Shown: positions 30,940 to 41,312, numbered from the stretch's first letter. The stretch is 64,000 bases of DNA from Sediminibacterium sp. (GCA_965283985.1 CBDIQK010000015.1:381-64380); one strand, 5' to 3'. Numbers and translations: made by a program. Notes: generated by a model from the sequence alone, not told the origin.

Positions 30940-31422
30940 ATGCGTATGAAAATCCTCATGGTTTGTTTGGGAAATATTTGCAGAAGTCCACTTGCAGAAG
31001 GCATACTTCAGTCAAAAGCTGCAGCAGCTGGTTTGGACTGGACAGTTGACAGCGCCGGTACCGGCGGATACCATAATGGAGATGCTCCACATAAATTGTC
31101 TCAGAAAGTAGCCAAACTCAATGGAATAGACATTTCTTGTCAAAGAGGTAGGCAATATATAGCGGCAGATATGGATGCATTTGACCGCATTTATACCATG
31201 GACCAAGACAATTATTCAGAAGTAAAACGCATTAGTGGACGCCATTTTAAGCCCGAGAAAACAGACCTGATTTTAAATAGTCTCTATCCCGGCGAAAACC
31301 GCTCTGTGCCTGACCCCTGGTATGGAACCGAGCCTGGATATCATGATGTATTTGAACTTTTATCTAATGCTTGTGACCGCATTATTGCAGACTATCTGCA
31401 AGCCACCAAGTATAGTCAATAG
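30940..31422 (+). CDS. low molecular weight protein-tyrosine phosphatase
   Basis: VCLGNICRSP, DSAGT and VPDPWY. Confidence 0.94.
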   Translation: MRMKILMVCLGNICRSPLAEGILQSKAAAAGLDWTVDSAGTGGYHNGDAPHKLSQKVAKLNGIDISCQRGRQYIAADMDAFDRIYTMDQDNYSEVKRISGRHFKPEKTDLILNSLYPGENRSVPDPWYGTEPGYHDVFELLSNACDRIIADYLQATKYSQ

Positions 31423-31442
31423 GCAAAGCAAATTCCCTTACT

Positions 31443-31450
31443 TATCTTTG
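31443..31450 (+). promoter_or_regulatory. -7 box TATCTTTG upstream of hisS
   Basis: TAnnTTTG, 17 nt before the ATG. Confidence 0.6.
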
Positions 31451-31467
31451 CTGCCATTGAAGCAATT

Positions 31468-32835
31468 ATGAGCAAACCCAGTTTACCACAAGGCACCAGA
31501 GATTTTAGCGCGTCTACCGTTAGAAAGCGTCATTATATTTTTCAAACCATTCGCAGCGTATTTGAATTGTACGGATTCCAACCACTGGAAACACCGGCCA
31601 TGGAAAATCTGGATACCCTCATGGGTAAATATGGAGAAGAGGGAGACAAACTCATTTTCAAGATCCTGAACAATGGTTTGGACAATCCAACCAAGTTGGA
31701 TCAAATTCAACAAGACTTTCAAAAAGTACTGGAAGGAAAAAATACCAAGGGCATTACCGAACGTGCCTTGCGGTATGATCTAACCATTCCCTTTGCTAGG
31801 TATGTAGCCATGAATCATGGACAATTGACCATGCCTTTTAAACGCTATCAGATTCAACCCGTATGGCGTGCCGATAGACCTCAAAAGGGCCGCTACCGTG
31901 AGTTCTATCAGTGCGATGCGGATGTAGTTGGTTCTTATTCCTTGCTCAATGAAGTAGAACTAGCCAGCATTTATGCAACCGTGTTTGAACAATTGGGTGT
32001 ATCGGTTACCATTAAAATCAATAGCAGAAAAATCTTGGCAGCACTGGCAGAAATCTGTGGCGGGGCTGATAAAATGGTAGACATTACCGTGGCTATTGAC
32101 AAGCTTGACAAGATTGGTTTAGAAAAAGTAAAAGAAGAATTGTCTCAGCGCGGATTAACTGATGCGCAGATTCAAACCATAGAACAATACCTGTCTATTG
32201 AAGGAGACAATGCCACAAAAATGGCTGCATTAAAAGCCCTGCTGGGCGATAATGAAACTGGGAACAAAGGCATTGCAGAATTGGAATGGCTGATTAGTTA
32301 TCATGCAGACACCAACACGGGCAAATCCCTGCAAGCAGATTTTACTTTAGCGCGTGGACTCAACTATTATACCGGAATTATTTTTGAAGTAAAAGCCACG
32401 CAAGCTCAAATGGGCAGTATTGGTGGCGGTGGCCGATATGATGACTTGACTAGCACATTTGATGTACCAAATATTCCAGGGGTAGGCATCTCTTTTGGAG
32501 TAGATAGAATTTATGACGTGATGGAAGAACTGCAATTATTCCCATCAGAAGTACAAACCGGCACCAAGGTCTTGTTTTTTAACCTGGGCGATGCTGAAAG
32601 CAGGGCAGCATTTGAATTGATGCAGCAACTACGCGCAAAAGGCGTTGCCGCAGAACTCTTTCACGAGAATGCCAAGTTTGACAAGCAGTTCAAGTATGCC
32701 GATAAAAAACAAATTCCTTACGCCGTAATGATTGGCAGTAAGGAATTGTCTGAAAATGTATTGGTATTGAAAAACCTAATTACAGGTGTTCAAGAAACAC
32801 TATCTAGTGAAGGACTCTTGGCCTTTGCTTTTTAG
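31468..32835 (+). CDS. hisS: histidine--tRNA ligase
   Basis: GTRDF, LRYDLT, WRADRPQKGRYREFYQCDAD, RGLNYYTG and GGGRYD. Confidence 0.97.
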   Translation: MSKPSLPQGTRDFSASTVRKRHYIFQTIRSVFELYGFQPLETPAMENLDTLMGKYGEEGDKLIFKILNNGLDNPTKLDQIQQDFQKVLEGKNTKGITERALRYDLTIPFARYVAMNHGQLTMPFKRYQIQPVWRADRPQKGRYREFYQCDADVVGSYSLLNEVELASIYATVFEQLGVSVTIKINSRKILAALAEICGGADKMVDITVAIDKLDKIGLEKVKEELSQRGLTDAQIQTIEQYLSIEGDNATKMAALKALLGDNETGNKGIAELEWLISYHADTNTGKSLQADFTLARGLNYYTGIIFEVKATQAQMGSIGGGGRYDDLTSTFDVPNIPGVGISFGVDRIYDVMEELQLFPSEVQTGTKVLFFNLGDAESRAAFELMQQLRAKGVAAELFHENAKFDKQFKYADKKQIPYAVMIGSKELSENVLVLKNLITGVQETLSSEGLLAFAF

Positions 32836-33189
32836 GAGATATTTTCTATCCAAAATAGCAACTGTTTTATCCTTGGTGCCTTCAATGTGATATCCCATTA
32901 CATCTATTACAACACTTGTAATGACTTTGTCTGCATTGCGTACAAACTTGCCCGTGCCTTGGTATTCTGGAATGGCAAAAGAATCAGTGGCTACTTTTTC
33001 TAAAGAACCAGAACCCTTGTCAGAACTAAATACCAGCTTACCGCCGTCTACAGAAATTGTCACATAACTAACAATGCTTCCTTCTGGAAAAGTAAATTTA
33101 CCGGTGTACTGTTGCAAACTATCGGTCTGGGCCTGTGCCATCAATCCGAATCCCATCATTGCCATTAAAACGAATGCCATTTTTTTCAT
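32800..33189 (-). CDS. secreted hypothetical protein (DUF3471-like)
   Basis: Signal peptide and a beta-rich LQQYTGKF..FVRNADKVI domain. The 3' end overlaps hisS convergently. Confidence 0.6.
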   Translation of the reverse strand: MKKMAFVLMAMMGFGLMAQAQTDSLQQYTGKFTFPEGSIVSYVTISVDGGKLVFSSDKGSGSLEKVATDSFAIPEYQGTGKFVRNADKVITSVVIDVMGYHIEGTKDKTVAILDRKYLLKSKGQESFTR

Positions 33190-33301
33190 TGTACTACTGT
33201 TTGATTGTTATTTTGAGTCATCCAAATTAAGGCTTATTTCAAGCCATTGACCAACCGTTTAAAAATAATCCAATCTTAACCAACTGCTTCTACGAACAAG
33301 T

Positions 33302-34495
33302 TTATAAACCTTCATAAATCACCGCCGCACCCTGACCAACACCCACGCACATGGTTGCCAAACCATATTTTGATTTGCGTCTAAACATCTCATGCAATAG
33401 CGTGGTACTAATTCTAACCCCACTACAACCGAGGGGATGACCCAGTGCTATAGAACCACCATTTACGTTGACAATGTCTTGGTTCAAATCTAATTCCTGA
33501 ATACAGGCCAGACTCTGAGAGGCAAATGCTTCATTGAGTTCTACCAAGTCCAAGTCTTCTAATTTAAGATCGCCCCGGAGCAATGCTTTTTCAGTAGCCA
33601 ATACAGGACCCATACCCATGATGGCGGGATCTACCCCAGCCACGGCCATACTCACTACCCTACCAATGGGTTGTAGGTTAAAGAGTTTCACGGCTTCTTC
33701 ACTGGCCAATAACATGGCTGCAGCACCGTCATTGATACCCGATGAATTGCCTGCTGTTACAGAACCATCTTTGGCAAAAGCGGGTTTGAGATTTGCCAAT
33801 TTTTCCAAACTGGTTTGTCTGGGGTGTTCGTCTTGGTTGAACCAGGTAATCAAACGGTCCTGCTCCATTTCTATAGCAGCTAGCTCATCTTCCCACCTAT
33901 TATCGGCCAGCGCCGCAAAATATTTTTCTTGAGAACCCAGGGCAAATATATCCTGCGCCTCACGGCTGATCTGCCATTGCTTGGCCACATTCTCTGCGGT
34001 CTCACCCATGGTATAAGGATGGTGCATGGCAGCCAATTGCTTGTTGACAAAACGCCAACCCATGGTGGTGTCAAAGCTTTCTAGCTTGCGGCTAAATGCC
34101 CCGTCGCTCTTGGCTGTAACAAAGGGTGCGCGGGTCATACTTTCTACGCCTGCAGCAATATAGAGTAGTCCTTCGTTGCATTGAATGGCCCTAGCCGCAT
34201 CCATGACGGCTTGCAAACCAGAAGCGCATAATCTATTCACCGTATTACCCGCAACGCTCACGGGCAGGCCGGCTAATAAAGCAGCCATTCTAGCCACATT
34301 TCTATTGTCTTCACCAGCCTGATTGGCGGCTCCGGCAATCACGTCTTCAATGGCAGCTGGGTCAATACTGGGGTTGCGTTGTAACAAAACACGGATCACA
34401 TGGGCCAATAAATCGTCTGGACGATAGCCCGCCAATTTACCCCCATAACGCCCAATAGGTGTTCTTACAGCATCAATAATATAGGCAGTTTTCAT
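33302..34495 (-). CDS. acetyl-CoA C-acyltransferase (thiolase, PcaF/PaaJ-like)
   Basis: NQAGEDNRNVARMA, NRLCASG, NEAFA, GHPLGCSG and CVGVGQG. Confidence 0.92.
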   Translation of the reverse strand: MKTAYIIDAVRTPIGRYGGKLAGYRPDDLLAHVIRVLLQRNPSIDPAAIEDVIAGAANQAGEDNRNVARMAALLAGLPVSVAGNTVNRLCASGLQAVMDAARAIQCNEGLLYIAAGVESMTRAPFVTAKSDGAFSRKLESFDTTMGWRFVNKQLAAMHHPYTMGETAENVAKQWQISREAQDIFALGSQEKYFAALADNRWEDELAAIEMEQDRLITWFNQDEHPRQTSLEKLANLKPAFAKDGSVTAGNSSGINDGAAAMLLASEEAVKLFNLQPIGRVVSMAVAGVDPAIMGMGPVLATEKALLRGDLKLEDLDLVELNEAFASQSLACIQELDLNQDIVNVNGGSIALGHPLGCSGVRISTTLLHEMFRRKSKYGLATMCVGVGQGAAVIYEGL

Positions 34496-34579
34496 GTTCT
34501 TTCTGTTAAAATCAGGGTATCAAACCCGTCACAAGATATTATTTGTGCATTAAAATTACCCCTTCCAAGCCTCAAAAGG

Positions 34580-34587
34580 TATCTTTG
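34580..34587 (+). promoter_or_regulatory. -7 box TATCTTTG, 4 nt before the rlmN ATG
   Basis: Exact TAnnTTTG match. Confidence 0.65.
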
Positions 34588-34591
34588 CCGC

Positions 34592-35648
34592 ATGAAGGAG
34601 TCATTAAAAAACATACGCCACCTGAGTTTGGCCGAGTTGGAAAGCTATTTTGAAACCATTGGAGAGAAAAAATTCAGGGTAAAACAGGTGCATGAATGGC
34701 TCTGGCAGAAACACGCGCATAGTTTTGATGATATGACCAACCTAAGCAAGGACCTGCGCCAAAAACTGGCCCAGGAATTTTCCCTGCCCGCCCTCAAAGT
34801 AAACCTGACCCAGGTAAGCGATGACGGCACCATCAAGAGCCGCTTTAAAACCCATGACGGGTTTATGATTGAAGGGGTGTTGATTCCAACCGCTGAGCGT
34901 AAAACCGCTTGTGTTTCTATCGCAAATAGGATGCGTCACTAAGTTGTAAGTTTTGTGCCACCGGTTACTATGGAGCAGAAAAAGAAATCTGGAGTTTGAT
35001 GAGATATATGACCAGGTTGCTATAATTAATGAGCAATGCGAAAAAGAGAATGGGAAAAAGTTGAGCAATATAGTTTTTATGGGAATGGGCGAACCATTGC
35101 TTAATTATAAAAATGTGTTGAAGGCAATTGAAAGAATTACATCGCCCCATGGAATGGGCATGAGTCCACGCCGCATTACTGTTTCTACAGCTGGTGTTGC
35201 AAAAGGCATTCGGCAGCTGGGTGATGATAAAGTGAAATTTAAATTGGCTTTATCGCTTCATGCAGCAAATGATGCCAAGCGACATGAGATTATGCCTATT
35301 AATGATACCAATAATATTCAATCACTGATCGATGCACTGAATTATTTCTATAAACAAACAGAGAATGAAATAACTTTTGAATATATACTCTTCAAAGATT
35401 TTAATGACTCATTAAAAGACGCAGAAGAACTGGTAAAAATCTATAGAAAGGTTCCAGCAGATCTAATCAATATTATTGAATACAATCCTATTGAAGCTTT
35501 CCGTTTTACCAAACCCGATGAAGCCACTACCGAAGAGTTTATGCACTACTTAGAAAGAAATCGTGTGAACTCTAGATTGCGTAAGAGCCGCGGTAAAGAC
35601 ATTGACGCCGCTTGCGGACAGTTGGCCAATAAGTCGGTGAATAAATAA
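34592..35648 (+). CDS. rlmN: 23S rRNA (adenine(2503)-C2)-methyltransferase RlmN (indels around the CxxxCxxC motif)
   Basis: DDMTNLSKDLR, VFMGMGEPL, RRITVSTAG, LALSLHA and RGKDIDAACGQL. Confidence 0.95.
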
Positions 35649-35671
35649 TTTACCCTAACACCTTAATATAC

Positions 35672-35706
35672 AACCCTTTCCATAGCTTGGAAGGGGTTTA
35701 TTTTTT
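35672..35706 (+). terminator. intrinsic terminator after rlmN
   Basis: AACCCTTTCCA/TGGAAGGGGTT stem followed by TATTTTTT. Confidence 0.7.
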
Positions 35707-35712
35707 AAAGCC

Positions 35713-35720
35713 TACCTTTG
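35713..35720 (+). promoter_or_regulatory. -7 box TACCTTTG upstream of the RluB-like gene
   Basis: TAnnTTTG match. Supports a start at ATG 35754. Confidence 0.55.
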
Positions 35721-35753
35721 CTGCTCCTGTTGAAAAACAGCAAAACAAGTAAC

Positions 35754-37004
35754 ATGCAAAAACGTACAGACAACTTTGACAAGTTTGGCCAGAAAAAAGG
35801 TAGTGCCGTAAAGGAAGAATACCGTCAGGCAAAAAAGAAAATCAAGGCAGAAGCCCGCGCAGCTGGTGAAGCCATGAGACTGAAAAAGAAAAATGCCAAA
35901 TTGGGCATTGTTAGTGAAGAACCCAAAAAAGAGAATCCTCGTTTCCCCAAAAGGGCTCCTGGTGCTAGCAAGGAGGAATACCATCAGCGCAAGGAGAATA
36001 CCAAAAATATAGGCAAGCCCGTTAGACCAACCCCCAATAAAAAAGGTGATGACGCTGATGAAGCTGCTCCAGATGCACCACGTTCTAAAAGAGCTGGTGC
36101 TAGACCTCCCAAAGCCATTCGTGCTGCTGGAAGAGGTGCTGCGCCAACTAGCGATGGTGGTAAACCCGGATTTAACGGAAGACCTGCTGCCAAGAGCAAT
36201 CGCGATAGCGAAACCATTGATAGCAATGATCCAACAACCATCATGCCTTTGAACAAATTCATTGCGCATTCAGGCGTTTGTGGAAGAAGAGAAGCCGCTG
36301 AACTGGTGAAGGAAGGAAAAGTAACCGTGAATGGTGACAAAATTTTTGAACCTGGTTATAAAGTATCTGGCCGTGACAAAGTGATTGTAAAGGGTAAGGA
36401 AGTATACCTACAAAAAAATTCTGTTTATATCCTGCTCAACAAACCCAAAGATTTTATCACTACGGCTTCTGACCCACAGGGTAGAAAAACGGTGATGGAT
36501 ATTGTTAAGTCTGCCACTACCGAACGCGTGTATCCTGTTGGAAGATTGGATAGAAATACTACCGGTGTTTTGTTATTGACCAATGATGGTGAACTAGCGC
36601 AGAAACTGACCCACCCTTCTTATGAAGTAAAGAAAGTCTATGAAGTAACGCTGGATAAACCCGTTGCCAAAAAAGACATGGAAGCCATTTTAGCGGGTAT
36701 TACTTTGGAAGATGGTTTTGTGGTAGCGGATTCTTTGGCTTACGCCGATCCTAAAGACAAGACCGTGGTAGGGATTGAAATTCACTCTGGTAGAAACCGC
36801 ATTGTGCGACGCATTTTTGAACACTTGGGTTATGATGTTAGAGGTTTGGACCGCGTGATGTTTGCCAACCTGACCAAGAAAAATGTAGAGCGTGGTAAAT
36901 TCCGTTTCTTAGCAGAAAAAGAAGTGCGCTTACTGAAGTTCATGAACAAATCCTTTATTCGCAAATCCAAGATTGCGCAAACAGACCTAGACCTACCAGA
37001 ATAA
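35754..37004 (+). CDS. rRNA pseudouridine synthase (RsuA/RluB family) with long basic N-terminal extension
   Basis: S4 domain LNKFIAHSGVCGRREA, LLNKPKD, YPVGRLDRNTTG and GRNRIVRR. Confidence 0.92.
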   Translation: MQKRTDNFDKFGQKKGSAVKEEYRQAKKKIKAEARAAGEAMRLKKKNAKLGIVSEEPKKENPRFPKRAPGASKEEYHQRKENTKNIGKPVRPTPNKKGDDADEAAPDAPRSKRAGARPPKAIRAAGRGAAPTSDGGKPGFNGRPAAKSNRDSETIDSNDPTTIMPLNKFIAHSGVCGRREAAELVKEGKVTVNGDKIFEPGYKVSGRDKVIVKGKEVYLQKNSVYILLNKPKDFITTASDPQGRKTVMDIVKSATTERVYPVGRLDRNTTGVLLLTNDGELAQKLTHPSYEVKKVYEVTLDKPVAKKDMEAILAGITLEDGFVVADSLAYADPKDKTVVGIEIHSGRNRIVRRIFEHLGYDVRGLDRVMFANLTKKNVERGKFRFLAEKEVRLLKFMNKSFIRKSKIAQTDLDLPE

Positions 37005-37008
37005 TTCC

Positions 37009-37719
37009 ATGCATCTAGATATTATTTTTGAAAACGAGGCATTGATTGCCATCAACAAACCAAGTGGCTTGTTGAGTATTCCAGACCGCATGGGTCAAGA
37101 GATTTCTTTGAAAGACCTGCTGCGTCAGCGTTTTGGAGAGATCTATACCGTGCACCGTTTGGACCGTGATACCAGTGGCGTTATAGTCTTTGCCAAAACA
37201 GAAGAAAGTCATAAAGCTTTGTCTGCCTTATTTGAAGGAAGAGACATGCAGAAATTTTATTTGGGTTTGGTTTATGGCAATATGATGACGCCTGCTGGTA
37301 CCATTGACGCTCCTATTATGGAACATCCTGGTAAGACTACCAAGATGATGACCCATGCCAAGGGCAAGGTTTCCATTACGGATTATGAAGTCTTGGAATC
37401 TTTCCGCTCATTTTCTTGGGTGCAGTTTCAAATTCATACAGGCCGCACGCATCAGATTCGCGTGCACATGCACCATATTGGTCATAGCATTGTTTGCGAT
37501 GAACTCTATGGCGATGGTAAACCCGTTTTGCTGTCTGCTTTAAAAAGAAATTTTAAACTGGCCAAAGCGGCCGATGAAGAAAGACCCATTTTAAATAGAT
37601 TGGCCCTGCATTCGCATCGCCTCCAATTTAATTTTGATGGACAGGACTTTCTTCTAGAAGCTGAAGTTCCAAAAGACTTACGCGCGGTGTTACAGCAACT
37701 GCGCAAATGGAAGGGATAA
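37009..37719 (+). CDS. RluA-family pseudouridine synthase
   Basis: NKPSGL, HRLDRDTSG, TGRTHQIRVH and LALHS. Confidence 0.93.
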   Translation: MHLDIIFENEALIAINKPSGLLSIPDRMGQEISLKDLLRQRFGEIYTVHRLDRDTSGVIVFAKTEESHKALSALFEGRDMQKFYLGLVYGNMMTPAGTIDAPIMEHPGKTTKMMTHAKGKVSITDYEVLESFRSFSWVQFQIHTGRTHQIRVHMHHIGHSIVCDELYGDGKPVLLSALKRNFKLAKAADEERPILNRLALHSHRLQFNFDGQDFLLEAEVPKDLRAVLQQLRKWKG

Positions 37720-37746
37720 AAAAAGGCCCCGATAGAAATCGGAGCC
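37718..37746 (-). terminator. intrinsic terminator after peroxiredoxin
   Basis: Minus strand GGCTCCGAT-TTCT-ATCGGGGCC-TTTTTTT. Confidence 0.75.
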
Positions 37747-37778
37747 GGATACAAGTACGAAACTGTTATACGAAAAAC

Positions 37779-38414
37779 TTATTTGTTGGGTTGTGGTGTG
37801 TAACGCAAGTAAGGCTTGACTACTTTAACACCTTTTGGAAATTTAGCAATAGCGTCTTCAGTTTTAATGGCTGGCACTACTATCACATCTTCGCCTTCTT
37901 TCCAGTCTGCAGGAGTAGCTACACTATAATTAGCAGTTAATTGTAGGGAATCAATCACGCGCAATACTTCTACAAAATTTCTACCGGTAGATGCTGGGTA
38001 TGTGATGAATAATTTTACTTTCTTATCTGGTCCAATGATAAACAAAGAACGAACCGTAAAAGTTTCTGATGCATTGGGGTGGATCATATCATATGCATTG
38101 GCAATAGACTTGTCTTTATCTGCAATGATGGGGAATCCAACGGTTACGTGCTGGGTTTCATTGATATCATTGATCCAAGATTTGTGACTTTCTACACTGT
38201 CTACACTCAGGGCCAAGACCTTTACATTGCGTTTAGCAAATTCTTCTTGCAAGCCTGCTGTTTTACCTAATTCAGTGGTACAAACAGGGGTAAAATCTGC
38301 AGGGTGCGAAAATAAAATACCCCAACCATCTCCTAAATATTCATAAAAGTCAATGGGCCCAATACTGGTTTCGGCTTTGAAATTGGGAGCAAGATCTCCT
38401 AAACGTAAACTCAT
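37779..38414 (-). CDS. 1-Cys peroxiredoxin (Prx6 family)
   Basis: FSHPADFTPVCTTE, YPASTGRNF and PYLRYTPQP. A -7 box at 38434-38441 supports start 38414. Confidence 0.94.
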   Translation of the reverse strand: MSLRLGDLAPNFKAETSIGPIDFYEYLGDGWGILFSHPADFTPVCTTELGKTAGLQEEFAKRNVKVLALSVDSVESHKSWINDINETQHVTVGFPIIADKDKSIANAYDMIHPNASETFTVRSLFIIGPDKKVKLFITYPASTGRNFVEVLRVIDSLQLTANYSVATPADWKEGEDVIVVPAIKTEDAIAKFPKGVKVVKPYLRYTPQPNK

Positions 38415-38477
38415 GTTGTTTGATTTTGGAAAACAAAAATATGTATTTCCTACCAAAAAAGTAGACTAATAGGCAAT

Positions 38478-39629
38478 TTATTTTTTGACCGTTCTGGCTT
38501 TTTGCAACAAGCCCTTGCCAAATTGGTTTTTGACAGAGTCGATGGCTTTGTAGAGGTTATTCTTTTTCTCCGCATCGTCAAATAAACTGCCTTGAATGGC
38601 GTGATTGGTGAGCTCACTCAAACGCACACCCAATAACCTAACCGGCTGCCCATTTCTATAGAGTTTGTGAAATAGGTCAATGGCCACGGGGATTAACTCA
38701 TCATCCCTAAAAGTATAGTCTATGGTAGTTTGTTTAGAGGTTGTTTCAAAATCTGGGTAGCGAATTTTAACCGCAATACAACCTGCCAATTTCTCGTCCT
38801 GTCGCAGTTCATAAGCCACTTTCTCTGTCATGCGCACCAGTTCTGCTAATAGAAACTCTATATCAATTTTATTCTCTTCAAAGGTATTTTCTGTGCTAAT
38901 GGATTTTGCTTCATGATAAGGATGCACTTCACCATGATGAATACCAAAAGACTTGCGGTGCAGGTCTGCTCCGTATTTGCCCAATCGCTTTTCTAATATG
39001 GCCGGATCAGTTTCACTGAGTTGTTGAATGGTAAAAATGCCCATCTCTTTTAAGACCTCATGGGTAGCATCGCCCACGCCAGAAAATTTGTTCACGGGTA
39101 ATGGAGCTAGAAATTGTTGTTCCATACCGGGCTCAACAAATAAATAACCATTGGGCTTTGCTTCATCCGTTGCAATCTTGGCCACCATTTTATTAGAGGC
39201 TAAACCAAAAGAAATAGGGAGTCCTGTTTTTTCAATGATCTCGTTGCGCAGGTCAATGGTCCATTGAAAGGGATTGAAAAATTTATCCATCCCTGTGAGG
39301 TCTATATAAAATTCATCAATGGATGCTTTTTCAAACAGGGGCGCTTTGGCTGCAATAATTTCTGTAACCATTCTGGAATAGCGGCTGTATTCTCCGCGGG
39401 TGCCACGCACCAACAAAGCCTGTGGGCAGAGTTGCATGGCTTTTTTCATGGGCATAGCCGAGCGAACACCAAACTTACGCGCCTCATAACTACAAGTGGT
39501 TACTACGCCCCTATCTCTGGAACCGCCAACAATCACGGGTTTGCCCTTGAGCGATGGGTCATTTAAGACTTCCACGCTTACAAAGAAGCTATCCAGATCC
39601 ATATGGGCAATATAGCGTTGGGGCTGCAT
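38478..39629 (-). CDS. dinB: DNA polymerase IV
   Basis: HMDLDSFFVSVE, SYEARKFGVRSAM, SIDEFYID, AKIATDEAKPNG and VRLLGV. Confidence 0.96.
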   Translation of the reverse strand: MQPQRYIAHMDLDSFFVSVEVLNDPSLKGKPVIVGGSRDRGVVTTCSYEARKFGVRSAMPMKKAMQLCPQALLVRGTRGEYSRYSRMVTEIIAAKAPLFEKASIDEFYIDLTGMDKFFNPFQWTIDLRNEIIEKTGLPISFGLASNKMVAKIATDEAKPNGYLFVEPGMEQQFLAPLPVNKFSGVGDATHEVLKEMGIFTIQQLSETDPAILEKRLGKYGADLHRKSFGIHHGEVHPYHEAKSISTENTFEENKIDIEFLLAELVRMTEKVAYELRQDEKLAGCIAVKIRYPDFETTSKQTTIDYTFRDDELIPVAIDLFHKLYRNGQPVRLLGVRLSELTNHAIQGSLFDDAEKKNNLYKAIDSVKNQFGKGLLQKARTVKK

Positions 39630-39690
39630 TTTGCTAAGTTAAGCAATGGCATTAATGCTAGTTCAAACCTGAATAAGTAGTAGGAAGGAT

Positions 39691-40084
39691 TTAATCAAAG
39701 ACGGCTTTAATGGCATCGTCTATGCGGCGTGGGCGGCCGGTTTTTCTATCCAAGCAAACCCAGGCGCTTTTGGAACTGATAATCTTTTTACCATCGCGCA
39801 CGCGTATAATTTCACAGTGTCTATCCCAAGCAACAGTAGACAAAGCACCGGTATAAGTTTTGACCAATAATTCGTCTCCTAATAAAGCAGGTGCATGATA
39901 ATCCACTTCATGACGCTTGACTACCCATACTATTTCTGCTTCCATCGCCGCAGGCACAACGCTGTTCCAGTGTTCAATAGCAATGTCTTGCATAAACTGC
40001 AAATAGATCACATTGTTCACTGTGGTTCTGATTGTCTAAATGCTCGGGCAAAACGGTAATGGTATGTTCAAATTGATGCGCCAT
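39691..40084 (-). CDS. acyl-CoA thioesterase (4HBT/YbgC-like), 1-bp insertion near 40021
   Basis: MAHQFEHTITVLPEHLDNQNH joins VNNVIYLQF..WVVKRHEVDYHAPA. Confidence 0.85.
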
Positions 40085-40093
40085 ACAATAACA

Positions 40094-40612
40094 TTAACTG
40101 GTATAAATTTCCAACAAACCATCGGGTAGTGTTACATGCACTTGCTTCTTGTCATGATCAATACTATCCAATGTTTCTTCGTGTAAAGGAATTAATACTT
40201 CCTTGCCTTCTAGGGTAATGCGCAAGAGCACTTGGTGTGGTTGATTAATTACCTCTTCTATGGGTGCTAACAAATTTCCATCGTCAAATAATTGATAACC
40301 CAACATAGCAATGGGTGCGGTTTTACCCACCAATTTTCTAAAGTCTGTGTCGGCTACCCAAGCATTTCTAGAAACCAGTCGGGCCGCGGATTCTTTGGTA
40401 TTCAAACCCTCTAATTTAATAGTAGTTTCTTCTTGGTTAGAAGCCTTAGAGTTTTCAATAAAATAGGGCAAGTAATTTCCCTTAGTCTCTTCTACAAACA
40501 AAACTTCTATGCCTTTGAACACGGTCTTTTTTCCCAACTCGTGTTTGAGAATCAGCTCACCTTTTAAACCAAAGCTGGCTACTAGTTTACCAATATGGAT
40601 GTATTCACTCAT
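40094..40612 (-). CDS. rimM: ribosome maturation factor RimM
   Basis: IGKLVASFGLKGEL, EVLIPL and LPDGLLEIY. Follows rpsP. Confidence 0.93.
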   Translation of the reverse strand: MSEYIHIGKLVASFGLKGELILKHELGKKTVFKGIEVLFVEETKGNYLPYFIENSKASNQEETTIKLEGLNTKESAARLVSRNAWVADTDFRKLVGKTAPIAMLGYQLFDDGNLLAPIEEVINQPHQVLLRITLEGKEVLIPLHEETLDSIDHDKKQVHVTLPDGLLEIYTS

Positions 40613-40628
40613 GCTAATTATTTGGAAC

Positions 40629-40655
40629 AAAAAGTCCCGGCAAATGCCAGGACTT
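40629..40655 (-). terminator. terminator-like hairpin between rpsP and rimM
   Basis: AAGTCCTGGC-ATTT-GCCGGGACTT-TTT on the minus strand. Confidence 0.6.
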
Positions 40656-40694
40656 AATCAGTTTACAGAATTGCTTTTGTAAGTCTGTATTACA

Positions 40695-41153
40695 CTAAGC
40701 TTCAGGCTGGCTTTCAGGAGCAGCTTCTGTTGCAGTTTCCACTTTTTTAACAACTGGAACATACACTTTCTTTGCTCTTTGAACCTTCTTATGCTCGTCA
40801 TTACGACGGGTAATTTGTGCTTCATGTTCATTGTGCCATTCCTGGAACTTTGTCATTGCAGTAGCATCATCAAACAGACCCAATTTAACACCACGTAAAA
40901 GGTGTTTCAGGTACAATACACCTTTGAAAGAAAGGATACGACGAACAGTGTCAGTGGGTTGAGCACCTTTGTTCAACCACTCCAAAGCTTTTTGACGGTC
41001 TAATTGAATGCTTGCAGGAACTGTAAGCGGGTTGTAAGTACCCAATTTCTGGATGAATTTTCCATCTCTGGGTGCACGGGCATCGGCCACTACAATAAAG
41101 TAGAAAGGACGTTTCTTGCTACCGTGTCTCTGTAATCTCATTTTTACTGCCAT
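40695..41153 (-). CDS. rpsP: 30S ribosomal protein S16 (Bacteroidota long form)
   Basis: [31 protein letters not shown] and GAQPTDTV. Confidence 0.97.
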   Translation of the reverse strand: MAVKMRLQRHGSKKRPFYFIVVADARAPRDGKFIQKLGTYNPLTVPASIQLDRQKALEWLNKGAQPTDTVRRILSFKGVLYLKHLLRGVKLGLFDDATAMTKFQEWHNEHEAQITRRNDEHKKVQRAKKVYVPVVKKVETATEAAPESQPEA

Positions 41154-41312
41154 GTTAAATAGACATTTATAGGCTTTAAGGAAATTTGTTAATCCAGCTA
41201 AGAATAGCTGGGGGACAAAAGTAATAGTAAAACCATTTCCTACCAAGTTTGTATGCAAAGGATTTGTTAGAATCCTGAATTAGCTCAAAAGGAAGGGGTT
41301 TTTGCTGTTTTT

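Noticed and set aside
32800-32835. 36-bp convergent overlap of hisS with the secreted hypothetical gene
   Set aside because: Short convergent overlaps are common, and this one could stem from a single indel.
35712-36340. Antisense ORFs of 185 aa and 118 aa, plus the many other 60-170 aa shadow ORFs in the track
   Set aside because: They lie opposite well-supported genes, reflect codon bias or low complexity, and show no family motifs.
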